The notes under the pieces are model-generated. The model had not been told where the DNA came from. It saw nothing but the letters and a program-made list of their open reading frames with translations, and did no database searches. 64,000 nt of DNA, taken from the NCBI GenBank assembly GCA_049322575.1, contig JBMORQ010000027.1, positions 87,081 through 151,080 of the forward strand, in the 5' to 3' direction. The DNA comes from Patescibacteria group bacterium. Its GTDB lineage: Bacteria; Patescibacteriota; Microgenomatia; UBA1400; PJMF01. This document shows, piece after piece, positions 1-11,089 of the stretch. Every line of letters starts with the position of its first letter. Within the stretch, counting starts at the first letter, position 1. The position numbers were made by a program, and so were the translations under genes.

Positions 1-1641
1 GACGAGCAGGTTTCTGACGAATATTTACGCAAACTCAAAAAGCTCAAAGTCAGCCCCGAGATTGCAGAGAAGATCAAAAAAGAAATCAAGCGCCTCAAAC
101 AAATGTCTGTGGCCAATCCAGAAAGTGGCTATATCCGTTCTTGGTTAGACACAGTCTTTGATTTACCCTGGGGTATCGAGAAGGCCACAAACATTGAGAT
201 GGATTTTGCGGAAAAAACCCTGCGCATAAATCACTACGGCCTTGAAGAAATTAAAGATCGTATTCTGGAATTTATTGCTGTTCTTAAACTCAAACAAAAA
301 CAACAGGCCAAAAAACATCTATCCGTCAATCTGCCAACCATCCTTTGTTTCGCAGGTCCTCCTGGTGTCGGTAAGACCAGTTTAGGACGCTCAATAGCCG
401 ACGCTCTGGGCCGAGACTTTACAAAAATCTCATTGGGTGGAGTGCGCGACGAAGCCGAGATCCGAGGACATCGCCGTACCTATGTAGGTGCTATGACTGG
501 CCGGATTATTCGTGGCATCTCTCAGGTTAAATCATCCAATCCTGTCTTTATTCTGGACGAGATCGATAAGCTTGGTCAAGATTTCCGAGGTGACCCCTCA
601 TCTGCATTACTCGAGGTACTTGACCCAGAACAAAATCAGAAATTCGAGGACCACTATCTGGACATGCCTTTCGATCTTTCTAAAGTGCTTTTTATCACAA
701 CGGCCAACACTCTAGACACCATACCACCGGCCTTGAGAGACCGATTAGAAGTCATCCGTTTCTCTGGATATACCCCAGAAGAAAAACTCCACATCACAAA
801 AGAGCATCTCTGGGAAAAGGTCGTCCGGAACAACGGCCTTCAGGCAAAAAATCTCAAAATCTCTGACAACTTAATCGAAATGGTTATCCAAAGTTACACT
901 CGGGAAGCTGGCGTACGGGACCTGGAACGCAGTCTAAATAAGGTCGTTAGAAAACTGGCCAAACAAATCGTTGACGGATCAATTAAACCAAACTCGAGTG
1001 GCAATTTCAGCTTAACGGAAAAAATGATCGAAAAATACCTCGGTCCTGCCATCTATGACCACACCCTAACCGAAAAAACCAACCAGGTCGGACTGGCAAC
1101 GGGTTTAGCCTGGACGCAGATGGGCGGCGAGATCCTTTTCGTTGAGGTTGCTCTGACTCCTGGAAAAGGGGAAATCAGATTAACTGGAAAACTGGGTGAT
1201 GTGATGAAAGAATCTGCCCAAGCAGCTCTCACCTACATCAAAGCCAACACCAAGGAGATCGGCTTGAAACAAACCTCGCTAAACAAAACTGACGTTCACA
1301 TTCATATCCCCGAGGGAGCAATTCCCAAAGATGGGCCGTCTGCCGGTATCACCATGACTACCGCCCTAGTTTCTGCCTTTTTGAACTCTCCGGTTGACCG
1401 GACTGTGGCCATGACTGGCGAGGTCACTCTTAGGGGTAATGTTTTACCGATTGGTGGGCTGAAAGAAAAATCCATAGCTGCTTATAGAGCAGGCTGCAGG
1501 GTCATCATTTATCCGGAAAAAAACAAGCGGGATCTAATCAAGATACCTGCTTCAGTTAAGAAAAACGTTAAGTTTATCCCGGTGAAACATATGAGCGAGG
1601 TCTTAAAAATTGCCCTTATTCAAAAAACAAACAAGACCTAA
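1..1641 (+). CDS. lon: Lon protease, AAA+ ATPase and S16 peptidase domains. The gene is 5'-truncated by the window edge: the reading frame is open from nt 1, and the ORF track lists only 103..1641.
   Basis: Walker [10 protein letters not shown], Walker B ILDEIDKL, catalytic-Ser motif [13 protein letters not shown]. The frame runs open from position 1 ([20 protein letters not shown]..). Confidence 0.9.
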   Translation, partial: DEQVSDEYLRKLKKLKVSPEIAEKIKKEIKRLKQMSVANPESGYIRSWLDTVFDLPWGIEKATNIEMDFAEKTLRINHYGLEEIKDRILEFIAVLKLKQKQQAKKHLSVNLPTILCFAGPPGVGKTSLGRSIADALGRDFTKISLGGVRDEAEIRGHRRTYVGAMTGRIIRGISQVKSSNPVFILDEIDKLGQDFRGDPSSALLEVLDPEQNQKFEDHYLDMPFDLSKVLFITTANTLDTIPPALRDRLEVIRFSGYTPEEKLHITKEHLWEKVVRNNGLQAKNLKISDNLIEMVIQSYTREAGVRDLERSLNKVVRKLAKQIVDGSIKPNSSGNFSLTEKMIEKYLGPAIYDHTLTEKTNQVGLATGLAWTQMGGEILFVEVALTPGKGEIRLTGKLGDVMKESAQAALTYIKANTKEIGLKQTSLNKTDVHIHIPEGAIPKDGPSAGITMTTALVSAFLNSPVDRTVAMTGEVTLRGNVLPIGGLKEKSIAAYRAGCRVIIYPEKNKRDLIKIPASVKKNVKFIPVKHMSEVLKIALIQKTNKT

Positions 1642-1707
1642 CAAAGCTACCATCACCCAAGACCGATACTCAACTTCAAGTCTGGTGTTTTTCCTGCTAA
1701 ACTACTT

Positions 1708-2688
1708 TTGATGAATAAAAAACTCATTGCTATCTTAACGGTCACTGCGCTTTTTATTGCCGTCATAATTGTTGGAATTTCAAATTCCGGAGGGGACAAC
1801 TTCCTTACCAATCTACTCAAACCCTTCAATAAATCTAGGGCTGGCCTACAGGTTATTACTAACGAAACCAACGTCTCGCTTTTTTTGAACGGTGAATATC
1901 TGGATAAAGCTCCATACATCAACAGGAATATTAAACCTGGTATATACACTTTACGGATTCAACCCGACGACACTACTCTCATACCATATGAGGCCCAGAT
2001 TCAGCTTAGCAAAGGGTTGTTAACGGTTGTTACCTGGAAACCTGGACAAACTGCAGAAATGAGCGGGGGAGTAATCTATGAACTTGAACCGTTACCCTCA
2101 AAAAAACAGGCTGAGGTTTCGTTCATCACCATACCTGATAACGCCATCATTACTTTTGACAATCAAGAGCAACAGTTCTCACCATTAACTCTGACAGACC
2201 TAGCAGCAGGACGCCATGAATACCAAGTCAGTCTGCCATCCTTCGAAACACAAAAACACACCATCAATATAGTTGCTGGACACAGGCTTAATGTCTCCAT
2301 AAAACTCGCCAAAAATAATAACGTTTATCCCTCGGCAACTCCTACTGAGCAACCATCAGATGACCAAGAATCCAGTCCCGCTGCAGAGATTACCGGCCCA
2401 AGTGATTTAAAAAGCCGCATCGGCACTAGCTCAGCAACAACTTCTGATATTCCAGCTAGCTATACTGGCCCGAGAATCCAGATCCTTTCAACAAAGTACT
2501 ATGATCACAGCAAAGAAGTACTTAAAGTTCGTGATTCAGCCAGTAGCTCCGGCAAGGAGTTGGGCTTTGCAGAAGTCGGTAAAGACTTCATTTACCTTGG
2601 AGAGTCTGACAACGGTTGGTATAAGATTGATTTCAACGGACAAGAGGGCTGGGTCAGCGCCCAATATAGTAAGTTACTTGGCGATTGA
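1708..2688 (+). CDS. Membrane-anchored protein with two PEGA-like domains and a C-terminal SH3b-like domain
   Basis: N-terminal TM helix (LIAILTVTALFIAVIIVGI). PEGA-like segments (NVSLFLNGEYLDKAPY..KPGIYTLRI and AIITFDNQ..AAGRHEYQV). C-terminal GWYKIDFNGQEGWV resembles SH3b. Confidence 0.55.
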   Translation: MMNKKLIAILTVTALFIAVIIVGISNSGGDNFLTNLLKPFNKSRAGLQVITNETNVSLFLNGEYLDKAPYINRNIKPGIYTLRIQPDDTTLIPYEAQIQLSKGLLTVVTWKPGQTAEMSGGVIYELEPLPSKKQAEVSFITIPDNAIITFDNQEQQFSPLTLTDLAAGRHEYQVSLPSFETQKHTINIVAGHRLNVSIKLAKNNNVYPSATPTEQPSDDQESSPAAEITGPSDLKSRIGTSSATTSDIPASYTGPRIQILSTKYYDHSKEVLKVRDSASSSGKELGFAEVGKDFIYLGESDNGWYKIDFNGQEGWVSAQYSKLLGD

Positions 2689-2788
2689 ATTGCATAGCTT
2701 GGAAAAGTTTGTCTCATTAGCAAAAGGGGGAGCAAAATGGCCTAGAGGACGAAAAGTCTTTGCTAGTTTGCTTGCAGTTCTGTCTGGA

Positions 2789-2948
2789 AGACTCATGGCG
2801 AAATAAAATCTTGTAGTGGAAAACTGCTTTCCATAAACGAGGGGTTATTGAGAGAGGTAGTAGCACAGCTACTTCAAGCAAGAAAAAAAACCTTTGCAGT
2901 ACTTAAAAGCAGTTTTGTAATAAAAATGCTATTTCACTACAAGTCTAG
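2789..2948. repeat. Long (~160 bp) copy A of a dispersed intergenic MITE-like repeat with imperfect terminal inverted repeats
   Basis: Left end aagactcatggcgaaata and right end ctatttcactacaagtcta are near reverse complements. The internal core gtagtagcacagctacttcaagcaagaaaaaaaacctttgcagtacttaaaagcagttttgtaataaaaatgc is shared with the copy at 10881-11044. Confidence 0.7.
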
Positions 2949-5029
2949 TTATGACCAAGTTTAATGATTATTGTTTGACCTTCTGAAAAGACTACATTAC
3001 CCAATTGAAGTAGCTTTTGTTCATCCAAATCGGCATATGCTTGGCGCTCTTTTTCACCAATAAAAATGTATTGCACCCAGTATTTTGCGATAATTTCCTG
3101 AGACAGCAGGCTTTCTGGCTCTTCGTAAACCACCCTAACTTGCTCAGCCCGCTCTCCAACCTCATCATAGCCGCCCCGCCACAACCATTCATGAACTCTC
3201 CAACCAACGATGGTCGGCAAGCCGGTGAAGACCGACACACGCTCATAGTCTGTATAACTGTCTCCCACAGCCTCCAAAACCACTGGCTGACCAACAATGT
3301 TTTCTCGCAACCAAACTATTGCCTTGTAGTCCGCGGGGTATTTTTCCTGTAACCATTTCAAACCATCAAGACCTTGGTAGTTCTGGAAATTATAGTAACC
3401 TTTGTATGAGTATTTTACGAAGGAGAAAATTGATACAAAAAGCACCATCATTATGCTTATTAAAACTGTACGCATCGCTATATCGAATTTATTCCGTTGC
3501 TGAATAAAACCAAAAAACCAAGCAACCACCAACGACATGAGTGTGAAGGCTTGAAAAGTTAATTTGAACATTGTGTTGGCTCTCGGATGATCGGTATATA
3601 TATCTTTAACAAAGATCAGCTCAGGTAGAAGCAGCAAAACTAGCGCCGCAATGGTCATAGACAATATGAACAAGAAAGTATGTGAAATTCTTTTCTTTCT
3701 GGCAGCAAGAAGCTCGCTAACCGCAAAGACACTTGCCAACAAACTCCCGATCACATGCCAACCCCAGAGAATCGCTAGTTCTCTCAACGTTGAGCCTTCC
3801 TCAACAAAACCCAAACCCTCAGAAATCGATTTGAAGTTCAGCCACCAAAAACAGGAAGTTACAACAATCGACACTAAAACCACCAAGGCAGCAAGAAGCA
3901 GTGATAGGAAAAACGACCGATCCAATAGCAAAAGGCAAACACTCACTACCACCAACAACAAGCCAAAGATAGCCATATCCCAAGCACTTGTCATCAGCAA
4001 AACACCCAGTAATATGCCAATTATTCCAGACAAATAGAGCGACCCTCGCTTGGTCAGAGCAACTTGCTGGCCCTTTTCATCGATCATGACTTTTAGCCAT
4101 AACCAAATCGTGGGAATAATCAGCAGAACAAACACCAAGCTCCAAACATGAGCATGTAAATCACTCACAACGAAACTGTACGCCGGGAACTCGTGAATGG
4201 TATGGTAAATAAACCGCGTCGCGTCAGGATACCAATATCCGTCCATAGGATTTTCTTGAGAAAGATTCTTAAAAAAATACCAAAATGTATGGGAGTTACC
4301 GGCAAAACCAACTAATAACGCAGCCACAATTCCCGCAACTATCGGAATGGTCAGAAGATGCTTGGTTTTGTTCTTTGCCATCGTATATGCTGTGAGATTT
4401 GCCACTAAACCACCGCTCTGCATCATGACCAGTCCCATCACCAATCCTAGAGCTAAATTGTATGCTCGGTCGATCCCAATGCCCCAAAAATTGAGCAAGA
4501 TCCCACCTAGGAAATGACCAAAAGTGTAGTAATTCATGGTTTCTCCGGCAAACCACATATCGAGAGCCGGCAGAGTAGGGGATTTAGAGTAACTCACCAT
4601 GAAACCGGCATCCATAAATTTTTCTAAATCAAGAATCTGAGGATTATAGCCACGAACTATGCTTAGAAAGAAAAAACCAAAAACAAACAAGAGTTCCTCA
4701 ACAAGAATTAGAGGAGCTTTTTCCTTGAGGAAAGCAAGAAGAGTTGGCCAGCTTGCTTTCAGTTTTAGGATTGATAGGCCTAGCAGCACACCAAGTAGCG
4801 ACCAAAGACCCATCTGTGAATTCACTGGCAACTTGAGGTGAGCGAGAAACCAAATAATCAACCCAACTACCAACCAACCAATCGATCGACCCCACGCCCA
4901 ACCACCGTCGACTAAGTGTTTCCTTCCCCACACCAACAACCAGGGCATAACAACGATCTGAAAAACTCCTGTCAGTAGATAGGCGTAAGCAATTGTAACT
5001 AGATCGTTGGCCAAGGTAGACTGAAACAC
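2945..5029 (-). CDS. Large polytopic membrane protein (DUF2298 / YYY-domain-like), possible GT-C-type glycosyltransferase
   Basis: 694 aa with more than 12 predicted TM helices. C-terminal soluble domain with Y-rich motif YSYKGYYNFQNYQG. Sits in a glycosylation gene neighbourhood. Confidence 0.5.
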   Translation of the reverse strand: MFQSTLANDLVTIAYAYLLTGVFQIVVMPWLLVWGRKHLVDGGWAWGRSIGWLVVGLIIWFLAHLKLPVNSQMGLWSLLGVLLGLSILKLKASWPTLLAFLKEKAPLILVEELLFVFGFFFLSIVRGYNPQILDLEKFMDAGFMVSYSKSPTLPALDMWFAGETMNYYTFGHFLGGILLNFWGIGIDRAYNLALGLVMGLVMMQSGGLVANLTAYTMAKNKTKHLLTIPIVAGIVAALLVGFAGNSHTFWYFFKNLSQENPMDGYWYPDATRFIYHTIHEFPAYSFVVSDLHAHVWSLVFVLLIIPTIWLWLKVMIDEKGQQVALTKRGSLYLSGIIGILLGVLLMTSAWDMAIFGLLLVVVSVCLLLLDRSFFLSLLLAALVVLVSIVVTSCFWWLNFKSISEGLGFVEEGSTLRELAILWGWHVIGSLLASVFAVSELLAARKKRISHTFLFILSMTIAALVLLLLPELIFVKDIYTDHPRANTMFKLTFQAFTLMSLVVAWFFGFIQQRNKFDIAMRTVLISIMMVLFVSIFSFVKYSYKGYYNFQNYQGLDGLKWLQEKYPADYKAIVWLRENIVGQPVVLEAVGDSYTDYERVSVFTGLPTIVGWRVHEWLWRGGYDEVGERAEQVRVVYEEPESLLSQEIIAKYWVQYIFIGEKERQAYADLDEQKLLQLGNVVFSEGQTIIIKLGHN

Positions 5030-5220
5030 GGTGTATTATTATAAATAAGACTAAGTGAAAATAAATGAGAAAAACCGCAACAGGAAAGGCAACTTAATGT
5101 CTTACCGGCTCCAAGACGCTGAAGCAGCCAAACTCTAAGAATAAATTGTTTAACAGCAGCTAAGCAGGAATACTAGTTCGCTCAAAATGATAAGAGTCCC
5201 GGCTAATTAACTGATCTTAT

Positions 5221-6009
5221 TTATCTTTTCTGCAAAACAAAAAAAACTGCCGCAGCTTCTGACTCATCAGATTGAGTTGATCTATTGTATTTTTCGATCA
5301 GTTTATGCATCGAGAAGAAAGAATACCATTTTTTGATAATCACCCATTGGCCAAAAAGTTTATATGTAACTAAACTTGGCAAAGAAAAAAAATGCAACAG
5401 CTCCATCAATCGTGAGCCATCTTTTGGTAAATACGTAACCACCTTTTTGACTCTAAAACCAACCTTCATAAACTTTTGCGACCATTGATCAACTGTCAAC
5501 AAATTGAAGTGTTGTTGCTTCTTCCTCAACCATCTTTTATATAAATCCCCAAAAATTGCCGATCCAAGCAGATTCTCTTCCCATTTATCTGTCATAACTG
5601 TTGTTAGAAAAATCGAATTTTTTTTCATGACTCTGTGAATTTCAGCAATCGAATAGTCTAAATCCGGTATATGTTCCAAAACGCTGTTAGAGATAACACC
5701 AGAAAAAGTATTGCTCTTAAAAGGAATCGTTTTTCCATCAAAAGAAACAGTTTTTTTGTAAACGTCTTGAACGCTTGCCTGATTAAGACGACTATCAAAC
5801 ACATCCAGACCAATATCCACTTTCTTTTTTCCAAAAACTTGCTTGGCAAAAAAACCATCTCCACATCCATAATCAAGAATCATTGGTTTAATTTCTGTCA
5901 GATGCCTACGCATTAACCAAACTTCAAAAGGACGAAGTAGTGAAAAAAACATCGGCCTATTCTCCAAGTAACTTAGCGTAGCCTCTAGCATTTCGCGAGC
6001 ATTACTCAT
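5221..6009 (-). CDS. Class I SAM-dependent methyltransferase (Methyltransf_11-like)
   Basis: Motif I ILDYGCGDGFF, followed by an acidic post-I residue (GLDVFD). Confidence 0.8.
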   Translation of the reverse strand: MSNAREMLEATLSYLENRPMFFSLLRPFEVWLMRRHLTEIKPMILDYGCGDGFFAKQVFGKKKVDIGLDVFDSRLNQASVQDVYKKTVSFDGKTIPFKSNTFSGVISNSVLEHIPDLDYSIAEIHRVMKKNSIFLTTVMTDKWEENLLGSAIFGDLYKRWLRKKQQHFNLLTVDQWSQKFMKVGFRVKKVVTYLPKDGSRLMELLHFFSLPSLVTYKLFGQWVIIKKWYSFFSMHKLIEKYNRSTQSDESEAAAVFFVLQKR

Positions 6010-7132
6010 TTAAAACCTTTTCGTAAAATTTGAAAACTTTTTGCGGATCAAAATCCTTGCTGTTTTCTCTAAATTTGTCTTGTGCAACAAAGCGGTGTTT
6101 ATTCTTCAAAATTTCTTGAATTGCATTTACTATTTCATCAATGCTCCTAGGTTTTACCAATCTACCCATTTGAAGTAGCTCAATCGGTTGTTTCACACCA
6201 GGCAAATCACTGGCAACCACTGGCGTTCCTGAGAGAATAGACTCAACTTGGACCATACCAAAAGCCTCTGTTTGATTAATTGAAGTGAGTGCCAATAAAT
6301 CGATCACACGATAAAAAGCACCCAATTTTCCACCATTGAGAGTCCCCAAGAAATGCACCTTAATTCCTGCATTTTTAATTAAGTTAATGATCTTTGAGTG
6401 ATATCTATCTTCACCAATTACCTCCATAGAGCTTGGTCCAGCAAACACTAGCTCAACATTTTTATCATTCAAATTGCTTACAGCTTTAATTAGGTATTCC
6501 AAGCCCTTTTCTTGAGCTATCCGACCAGCAAAACCAACCCATTTTTTGTTTTCTTTCTTTTTGGATAGCTCTCTAAAATATGTGGTGTTTATTTTTAATG
6601 ATTCAACTGGTGGTAAACACTGCACTGCTTTGTTTTTAAAAAAACTTTCCCACTTCATACTGAGAAAGTAATCCCAAGTATAAATTATGATTTTGTCTGT
6701 AAAAATCATCTGCAACCAGACTGATGTATTTATTACCAGGGCCGCTAGACGCAAAAAAATTGACTTGTCTAAGAAGACGCGACAATGAAAAATGCCGAAC
6801 AATTTTTTTTTGAAGAATTTTGCCAAAACTGCCAATACCAAACCCTCGGCATTTGGAAAATTGAGCAGAATTCTGTCAGCATATTGTGCATATTTCCAAA
6901 AATAATTTATTGATTGAAAGGAAATAAACCCTTTAGAAACCCTAAGGTTATAAGGCATGCGGATAACTTCAACACCATCAACAAACTCTGAATCTGGCAA
7001 ATGTGCAGAATGCTTGAAAGTCAGAACCGTCACTTCGTTTTTCTTTGCCAAATGATCAAGTATCTTTTTTGGATAGGTTGTAATTCCTGAAATGTAGGGG
7101 TAATAATATGTTGCGAAAAAGACAATCTTCAT
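6002..7132 (-). CDS. Glycosyltransferase family 4 (GT-B, retaining). The start is probably the internal Met MKIVFF at 7132 rather than the ORF-track start at 7180.
   Basis: EX7E-like motif FAGRIAQEKGLEYL...EAFGMVQVESILSGTPVVASDLPG. A start at 7132 abuts the upstream HAD stop (7134-7136). Confidence 0.8.
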   Translation of the reverse strand: MKIVFFATYYYPYISGITTYPKKILDHLAKKNEVTVLTFKHSAHLPDSEFVDGVEVIRMPYNLRVSKGFISFQSINYFWKYAQYADRILLNFPNAEGLVLAVLAKFFKKKLFGIFHCRVFLDKSIFLRLAALVINTSVWLQMIFTDKIIIYTWDYFLSMKWESFFKNKAVQCLPPVESLKINTTYFRELSKKKENKKWVGFAGRIAQEKGLEYLIKAVSNLNDKNVELVFAGPSSMEVIGEDRYHSKIINLIKNAGIKVHFLGTLNGGKLGAFYRVIDLLALTSINQTEAFGMVQVESILSGTPVVASDLPGVKQPIELLQMGRLVKPRSIDEIVNAIQEILKNKHRFVAQDKFRENSKDFDPQKVFKFYEKVLNE

Positions 7133-7133
7133 T

Positions 7134-7718
7134 TTATTTCTTGTGTGAATTATGGATGATTTTTTCCAAGGCATCTGCAACTGACATTAAACCAGGATGT
7201 TTATCCTCGTGTTTTTTATTTCGATCAAATAAATTAAAAATCCAGAAAATCCTTGCTTGGGTGTTGTTTTTCAAATGTTCAACTATGTCCCAGTTATCTT
7301 CAACGAAATGATCTAGATTTAGTTTCTTTATCATTTTCTCTTTAAAAAGATGAGGCTGTTCGTTTTTATCGTTGATGTATGTTGCTTTAAAAATTTGTTT
7401 AGCACCAATTTTTTTTAACCAAAAATCATAGTCATCTTTTAATTCAGCAAAACGACCAGTGATTAAATATAGCTCGACATTGTTGAGCTTGGCCAATTTC
7501 CGTAGCTTGCCCAGGCCCAACGCCGGAAAAACACTTGATTTATGTAAAAGTTGCCAAAAGAATGTCTGAATTCCAGCTTTTGGACGAAAAAACTGTAATC
7601 TCTTTCTTTTAATTAATCCCTTCTTCTTGAACTGCGAAATAATTGGACGTATCAGTCGCGCTGGGTTATACATAATCACACCATCAAAATCAAAACCAAT
7701 CTTTATTGTTCTTTTCAT
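7134..7718 (-). CDS. HAD-superfamily hydrolase (phosphatase-like)
   Basis: HAD motif I IGFDFDGVI, motif II LITGR, a conserved Lys, and C-terminal acidic motif VEDNWD. Confidence 0.6.
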   Translation of the reverse strand: MKRTIKIGFDFDGVIMYNPARLIRPIISQFKKKGLIKRKRLQFFRPKAGIQTFFWQLLHKSSVFPALGLGKLRKLAKLNNVELYLITGRFAELKDDYDFWLKKIGAKQIFKATYINDKNEQPHLFKEKMIKKLNLDHFVEDNWDIVEHLKNNTQARIFWIFNLFDRNKKHEDKHPGLMSVADALEKIIHNSHKK

Positions 7719-7730
7719 ACTATTGAAATC

Positions 7731-9419
7731 CTAACTACAGTTATTTTTCACATCATATACTACTTCACCGCTATCTGAAACGAAACTAGGCAAAAAGGTT
7801 TTTCGCAAAAGACTCTGACTCAAGTTAATGTTGGATGGTATCTCTCCTTGTCCGCTAACAAGATAAACGTAATCAATACCTTGTTGTTCTAAAAATTCAC
7901 AGACGTTCCTTTTATTAGTGTAAGTTGCAAAGATTGTCGATAGCTTTTTCCTTCTGTCTGAGTCGTTGTATCCCAAAGACCAAGCAAAATAACCATAATC
8001 TAAATATTGCTTTCTTCCGACCAAAGTAACCGGCGTATATAAATAGCTGTTGGTTACAAAAACACTATTTTTTGGAGTATTGTTCATAATCCAATTAGCA
8101 GTTTCGACCCGCTGATAATCGTTGATACGATATTTTTGATCGTTAATGATTGAAAAAGCGTCAACAACTCCAGAAAAAATCGTTAGCATAAAGATCAACG
8201 ACCCGAGTATCTTTAAAAGAAAACTCCCACGCAACATTTGAATAACAAAAGCAGCCATTCCTAAATTTAAAATAATGATGAAGAAGCTAACAAGTTTGTG
8301 GTTATTTATCAGGTCAGGGGATAACTGGATACAATTGGCAACAACAAAAAGAAAATAGGCCAGAAGCAGCAGTTTACGATAGTTTTTTGTAGCAAAGAAT
8401 AAAAAAAGTGGTAAAAAAATGAAATATAAACCTAGGTTAAAAAACCAATACCTAAGAATCGTCCAAATTCTTCCGTCAGCCGCCAAAAACCCGACCTTCC
8501 AAACCAAGTTTTGTTGAGAAGCTTCCGTTGAGGTCAGTACCACAACCAAAGATAACATCAGCGAAGCGAAATAAATAATCTTTACCCTTCTACCTAGCTG
8601 TTGACTGCGGTTCAACCAAAACCACCCAATTACAAAACAAAGCAATATCATCAGACCTGCTTGATGCAGTAGGGGCAAAACTCCGAAAACGACTGGAACG
8701 AGCAGGTAGTAAATCTTTTTAAACTTCTTTTCACCAATTACTACCATCTTGAGTAGCGGCCAAAAAGCTAACATGACCAAGCCATAACTCAGAGCAAGAT
8801 GACGCTGATTGGTATAAACATTCCAGTTCCAGAAGGCACTGACCAGCTTTCCATCCCATGGACCAAAACTGGCAAAAGTTGTTTGCGATGGTATAGACAT
8901 AAAAGCCTGCCAAGTCCAGCCAGTAACTCTGAAATACTCAACAAAGCTAAACGTGCCATTGAACAAAAAGAGAATTACAGCCAAGAACCCAATCTTACGT
9001 TTACCAAATAGCAGCAAACCATATTGATAAATCATCCACAACAAGAGAGTCATACCGATGATGCTCCAAAAGTTAACAGCAAAGGCAAAATCAAAACCAA
9101 GCTTCTCAACCATCGCTACTAACCAATAAAAAAAATAATGATAGCGTATCGGCTCTCCTGGGAACTGTGGATACTCTACAGGATAATTTTCTCCCACGGA
9201 AAAAGATCTAATCAATGGTAGATGTGCACCAAAATCACTAAACAATTTACTGGCAAGAATAATCTGATTGTCTTCATAAGCCAAAGTATGGCCCATTAAC
9301 CAATAACTAAAGGAAAAACAAACCAACAAAACAAATACATCTGCTATCACCATCAGATTCCGCGAAATAATCTTGCTAGTTTGATTAATTAAATTGATCT
9401 TCATTGACAATATGAGCAA
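7731..9419 (-). CDS. Polytopic membrane protein, putative GT-C fold glycosyltransferase (ArnT/PMT/YfhO-like)
   Basis: 562 aa with about 13 hydrophobic helices. Sits between the GT4, HAD and FAD-oxidoreductase genes. The family assignment is not proven from sequence alone. Confidence 0.45.
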   Translation of the reverse strand: MLILSMKINLINQTSKIISRNLMVIADVFVLLVCFSFSYWLMGHTLAYEDNQIILASKLFSDFGAHLPLIRSFSVGENYPVEYPQFPGEPIRYHYFFYWLVAMVEKLGFDFAFAVNFWSIIGMTLLLWMIYQYGLLLFGKRKIGFLAVILFLFNGTFSFVEYFRVTGWTWQAFMSIPSQTTFASFGPWDGKLVSAFWNWNVYTNQRHLALSYGLVMLAFWPLLKMVVIGEKKFKKIYYLLVPVVFGVLPLLHQAGLMILLCFVIGWFWLNRSQQLGRRVKIIYFASLMLSLVVVLTSTEASQQNLVWKVGFLAADGRIWTILRYWFFNLGLYFIFLPLFLFFATKNYRKLLLLAYFLFVVANCIQLSPDLINNHKLVSFFIIILNLGMAAFVIQMLRGSFLLKILGSLIFMLTIFSGVVDAFSIINDQKYRINDYQRVETANWIMNNTPKNSVFVTNSYLYTPVTLVGRKQYLDYGYFAWSLGYNDSDRRKKLSTIFATYTNKRNVCEFLEQQGIDYVYLVSGQGEIPSNINLSQSLLRKTFLPSFVSDSGEVVYDVKNNCS

Positions 9420-10662
9420 CCTCTTTTCCTAATCGAACAGCGTAGTTAATACCCCTGTCCCATGGGTAAATGTGTTGCATCGAAGCCCAATATAATCCCT
9501 TAATCGGTGTTCGAATAACCGGAACATTGCGACTGTGATTGGTATAGACAATTGGCTGCGCAAATGGCGCTTTGTTCAACCATACTTTATTAACAATTTT
9601 ACCAACACTTGGGTTAATCTTCTTCAAATACGGCAAATACTTTTTAAATAACTGTTCTTTTGATAATGAGAAATCCTTATCCGCCGACTCCAAATATTTG
9701 GCAACGTACAATAAATGTTTCTTATTATATTTGCTGGAATCAACCATCGAGGTATGTTCAACCAAAGCTAAAAATGGCCAACCTTCTTCATTGATGTTTA
9801 ACCAGTATGTGCCATCTTGGAAAAAGGGTTCGATTAATTGAAGTATTAGGGTTTGAGCAGCTAAAGAATCTAATTGATTGATCGATTTGGCAAATTTCGA
9901 TGGTAGATTTTTAACTAGGTTTGTCAGTAGTGTGGCCGGTCCGGTAACAATAACCCTGTCGAAAATTTTTCCACCAATCAGGAACATTCCTCGATCATTC
10001 TTTTCTATGGAATCAACTTCGAAAGCAAAATTCAGCTCGACTCCTTTTTTCTTTAATGCTGAACTTAACAATTCTGCCAGCCTAAGAAACCCACCCTGGA
10101 AGTAAGCCAAATTTTTTGTACGTGAAACAACCCGTGCCCAAAACCATGCCATATTGACAACCGATGAGTATTTGCCAAATTTACCAACAAATAATGGCTT
10201 CCACACCACTTTCCAAGCGCGAGAACCCATGGTTTTTTTTATGAATTCCTTAGCCGTCCACTTCTCAAGAAACTTTCCCCACGGAAACAAGACTAAAAAG
10301 AACAAAACAACGCCCATACGTAATCTATCCAGGATGCTTATCTTGGAGAACTTGAGTAGCGATGTGGCAGAATCTAAACGCCAGATTTGTCCATCGTACA
10401 AAGTAGACGTTTTGGTTTGATAAATATTGAGCCGCTCAGCGGCCCCCAGTTCTTTCATCAAGGAAATAACATCATGATCTGAGGTAAAGAGATGATGATA
10501 GTGGTTTTCCAAACTCCAATCCCATCTCTTTTCTTTAAAACCAGCTGCCAAACCACCAGCAAAGCTCTCTCTTTCAAAGAGCACAATGGAATGCCCCTCT
10601 TTCACAAGCTCCCAAGCTGCAGAGAGAGCTGTAAATCCTGCCCCAACAATTGCAATTGTCAT
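9385..10662 (-). CDS. NAD(P)/FAD-dependent oxidoreductase (amine-oxidase / phytoene-desaturase-like fold)
   Basis: N-terminal dinucleotide-binding fold IAIVGAGFTALSAAWELVKEGHSIVLFERESFAGG (GxGxxG...E...GG). Confidence 0.7.
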   Translation of the reverse strand: MTIAIVGAGFTALSAAWELVKEGHSIVLFERESFAGGLAAGFKEKRWDWSLENHYHHLFTSDHDVISLMKELGAAERLNIYQTKTSTLYDGQIWRLDSATSLLKFSKISILDRLRMGVVLFFLVLFPWGKFLEKWTAKEFIKKTMGSRAWKVVWKPLFVGKFGKYSSVVNMAWFWARVVSRTKNLAYFQGGFLRLAELLSSALKKKGVELNFAFEVDSIEKNDRGMFLIGGKIFDRVIVTGPATLLTNLVKNLPSKFAKSINQLDSLAAQTLILQLIEPFFQDGTYWLNINEEGWPFLALVEHTSMVDSSKYNKKHLLYVAKYLESADKDFSLSKEQLFKKYLPYLKKINPSVGKIVNKVWLNKAPFAQPIVYTNHSRNVPVIRTPIKGLYWASMQHIYPWDRGINYAVRLGKEVAHIVNEDQFN

Positions 10663-10880
10663 GTTTAGTTAAAAACTCTAGTAATTCTACTTATTAGATC
10701 TGACCGCTTATTGATATAACTACTCTATACAGCGATTCTTTCAATCGCTGTAGGGGTCAGATCATTAACAAAATGCTTACTTCACTCTACTTATAATTAA
10801 AATGAAGTCTAGTTAATGAATCCAATCATATCGTAATTTTTTATGATTTAAACACCTGACTCGTAAAAAAATCATTACAT

Positions 10881-11044
10881 TAGACTTACAGCGAAACAAA
10901 ATTTTGTAGTGAAAAACTGATTTTTTTGAACGAAAAGGGTTTTTTTGAGTGAAGTAGTAGCATAGCTACTTCAAGCAAGAAAAAAACCTTTGCAGTACTT
11001 AAAAGCAGTTTTGTAATAAAACTGTTATTTCGCTACAAGTCTAT
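10881..11044. repeat. Long copy B of the MITE-like repeat family
   Basis: Left TIR tagacttacagcgaaaca and right TIR ttatttcgctacaagtcta. The internal sequence is about 90% identical to copy A. Confidence 0.7.
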
Positions 11045-11089
11045 AACCACAAAGTTTCAGTTAACCAGAGTAGACCTCATTTGTTCTCA

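Noticed and set aside
512-4931. Short ORFs from the six-frame track overlapping larger genes (for example 512-715, 1653-1949, 2501-2806, 2992-3297, 3017-3352, 3651-4037, 4296-4556, 4659-4841, 4698-4931)
   Set aside because: They lie entirely within, or antisense to, well-supported genes (lon, the PEGA protein, the DUF2298-like membrane protein). They have low-complexity or odd composition and no motifs. They are treated as spurious.
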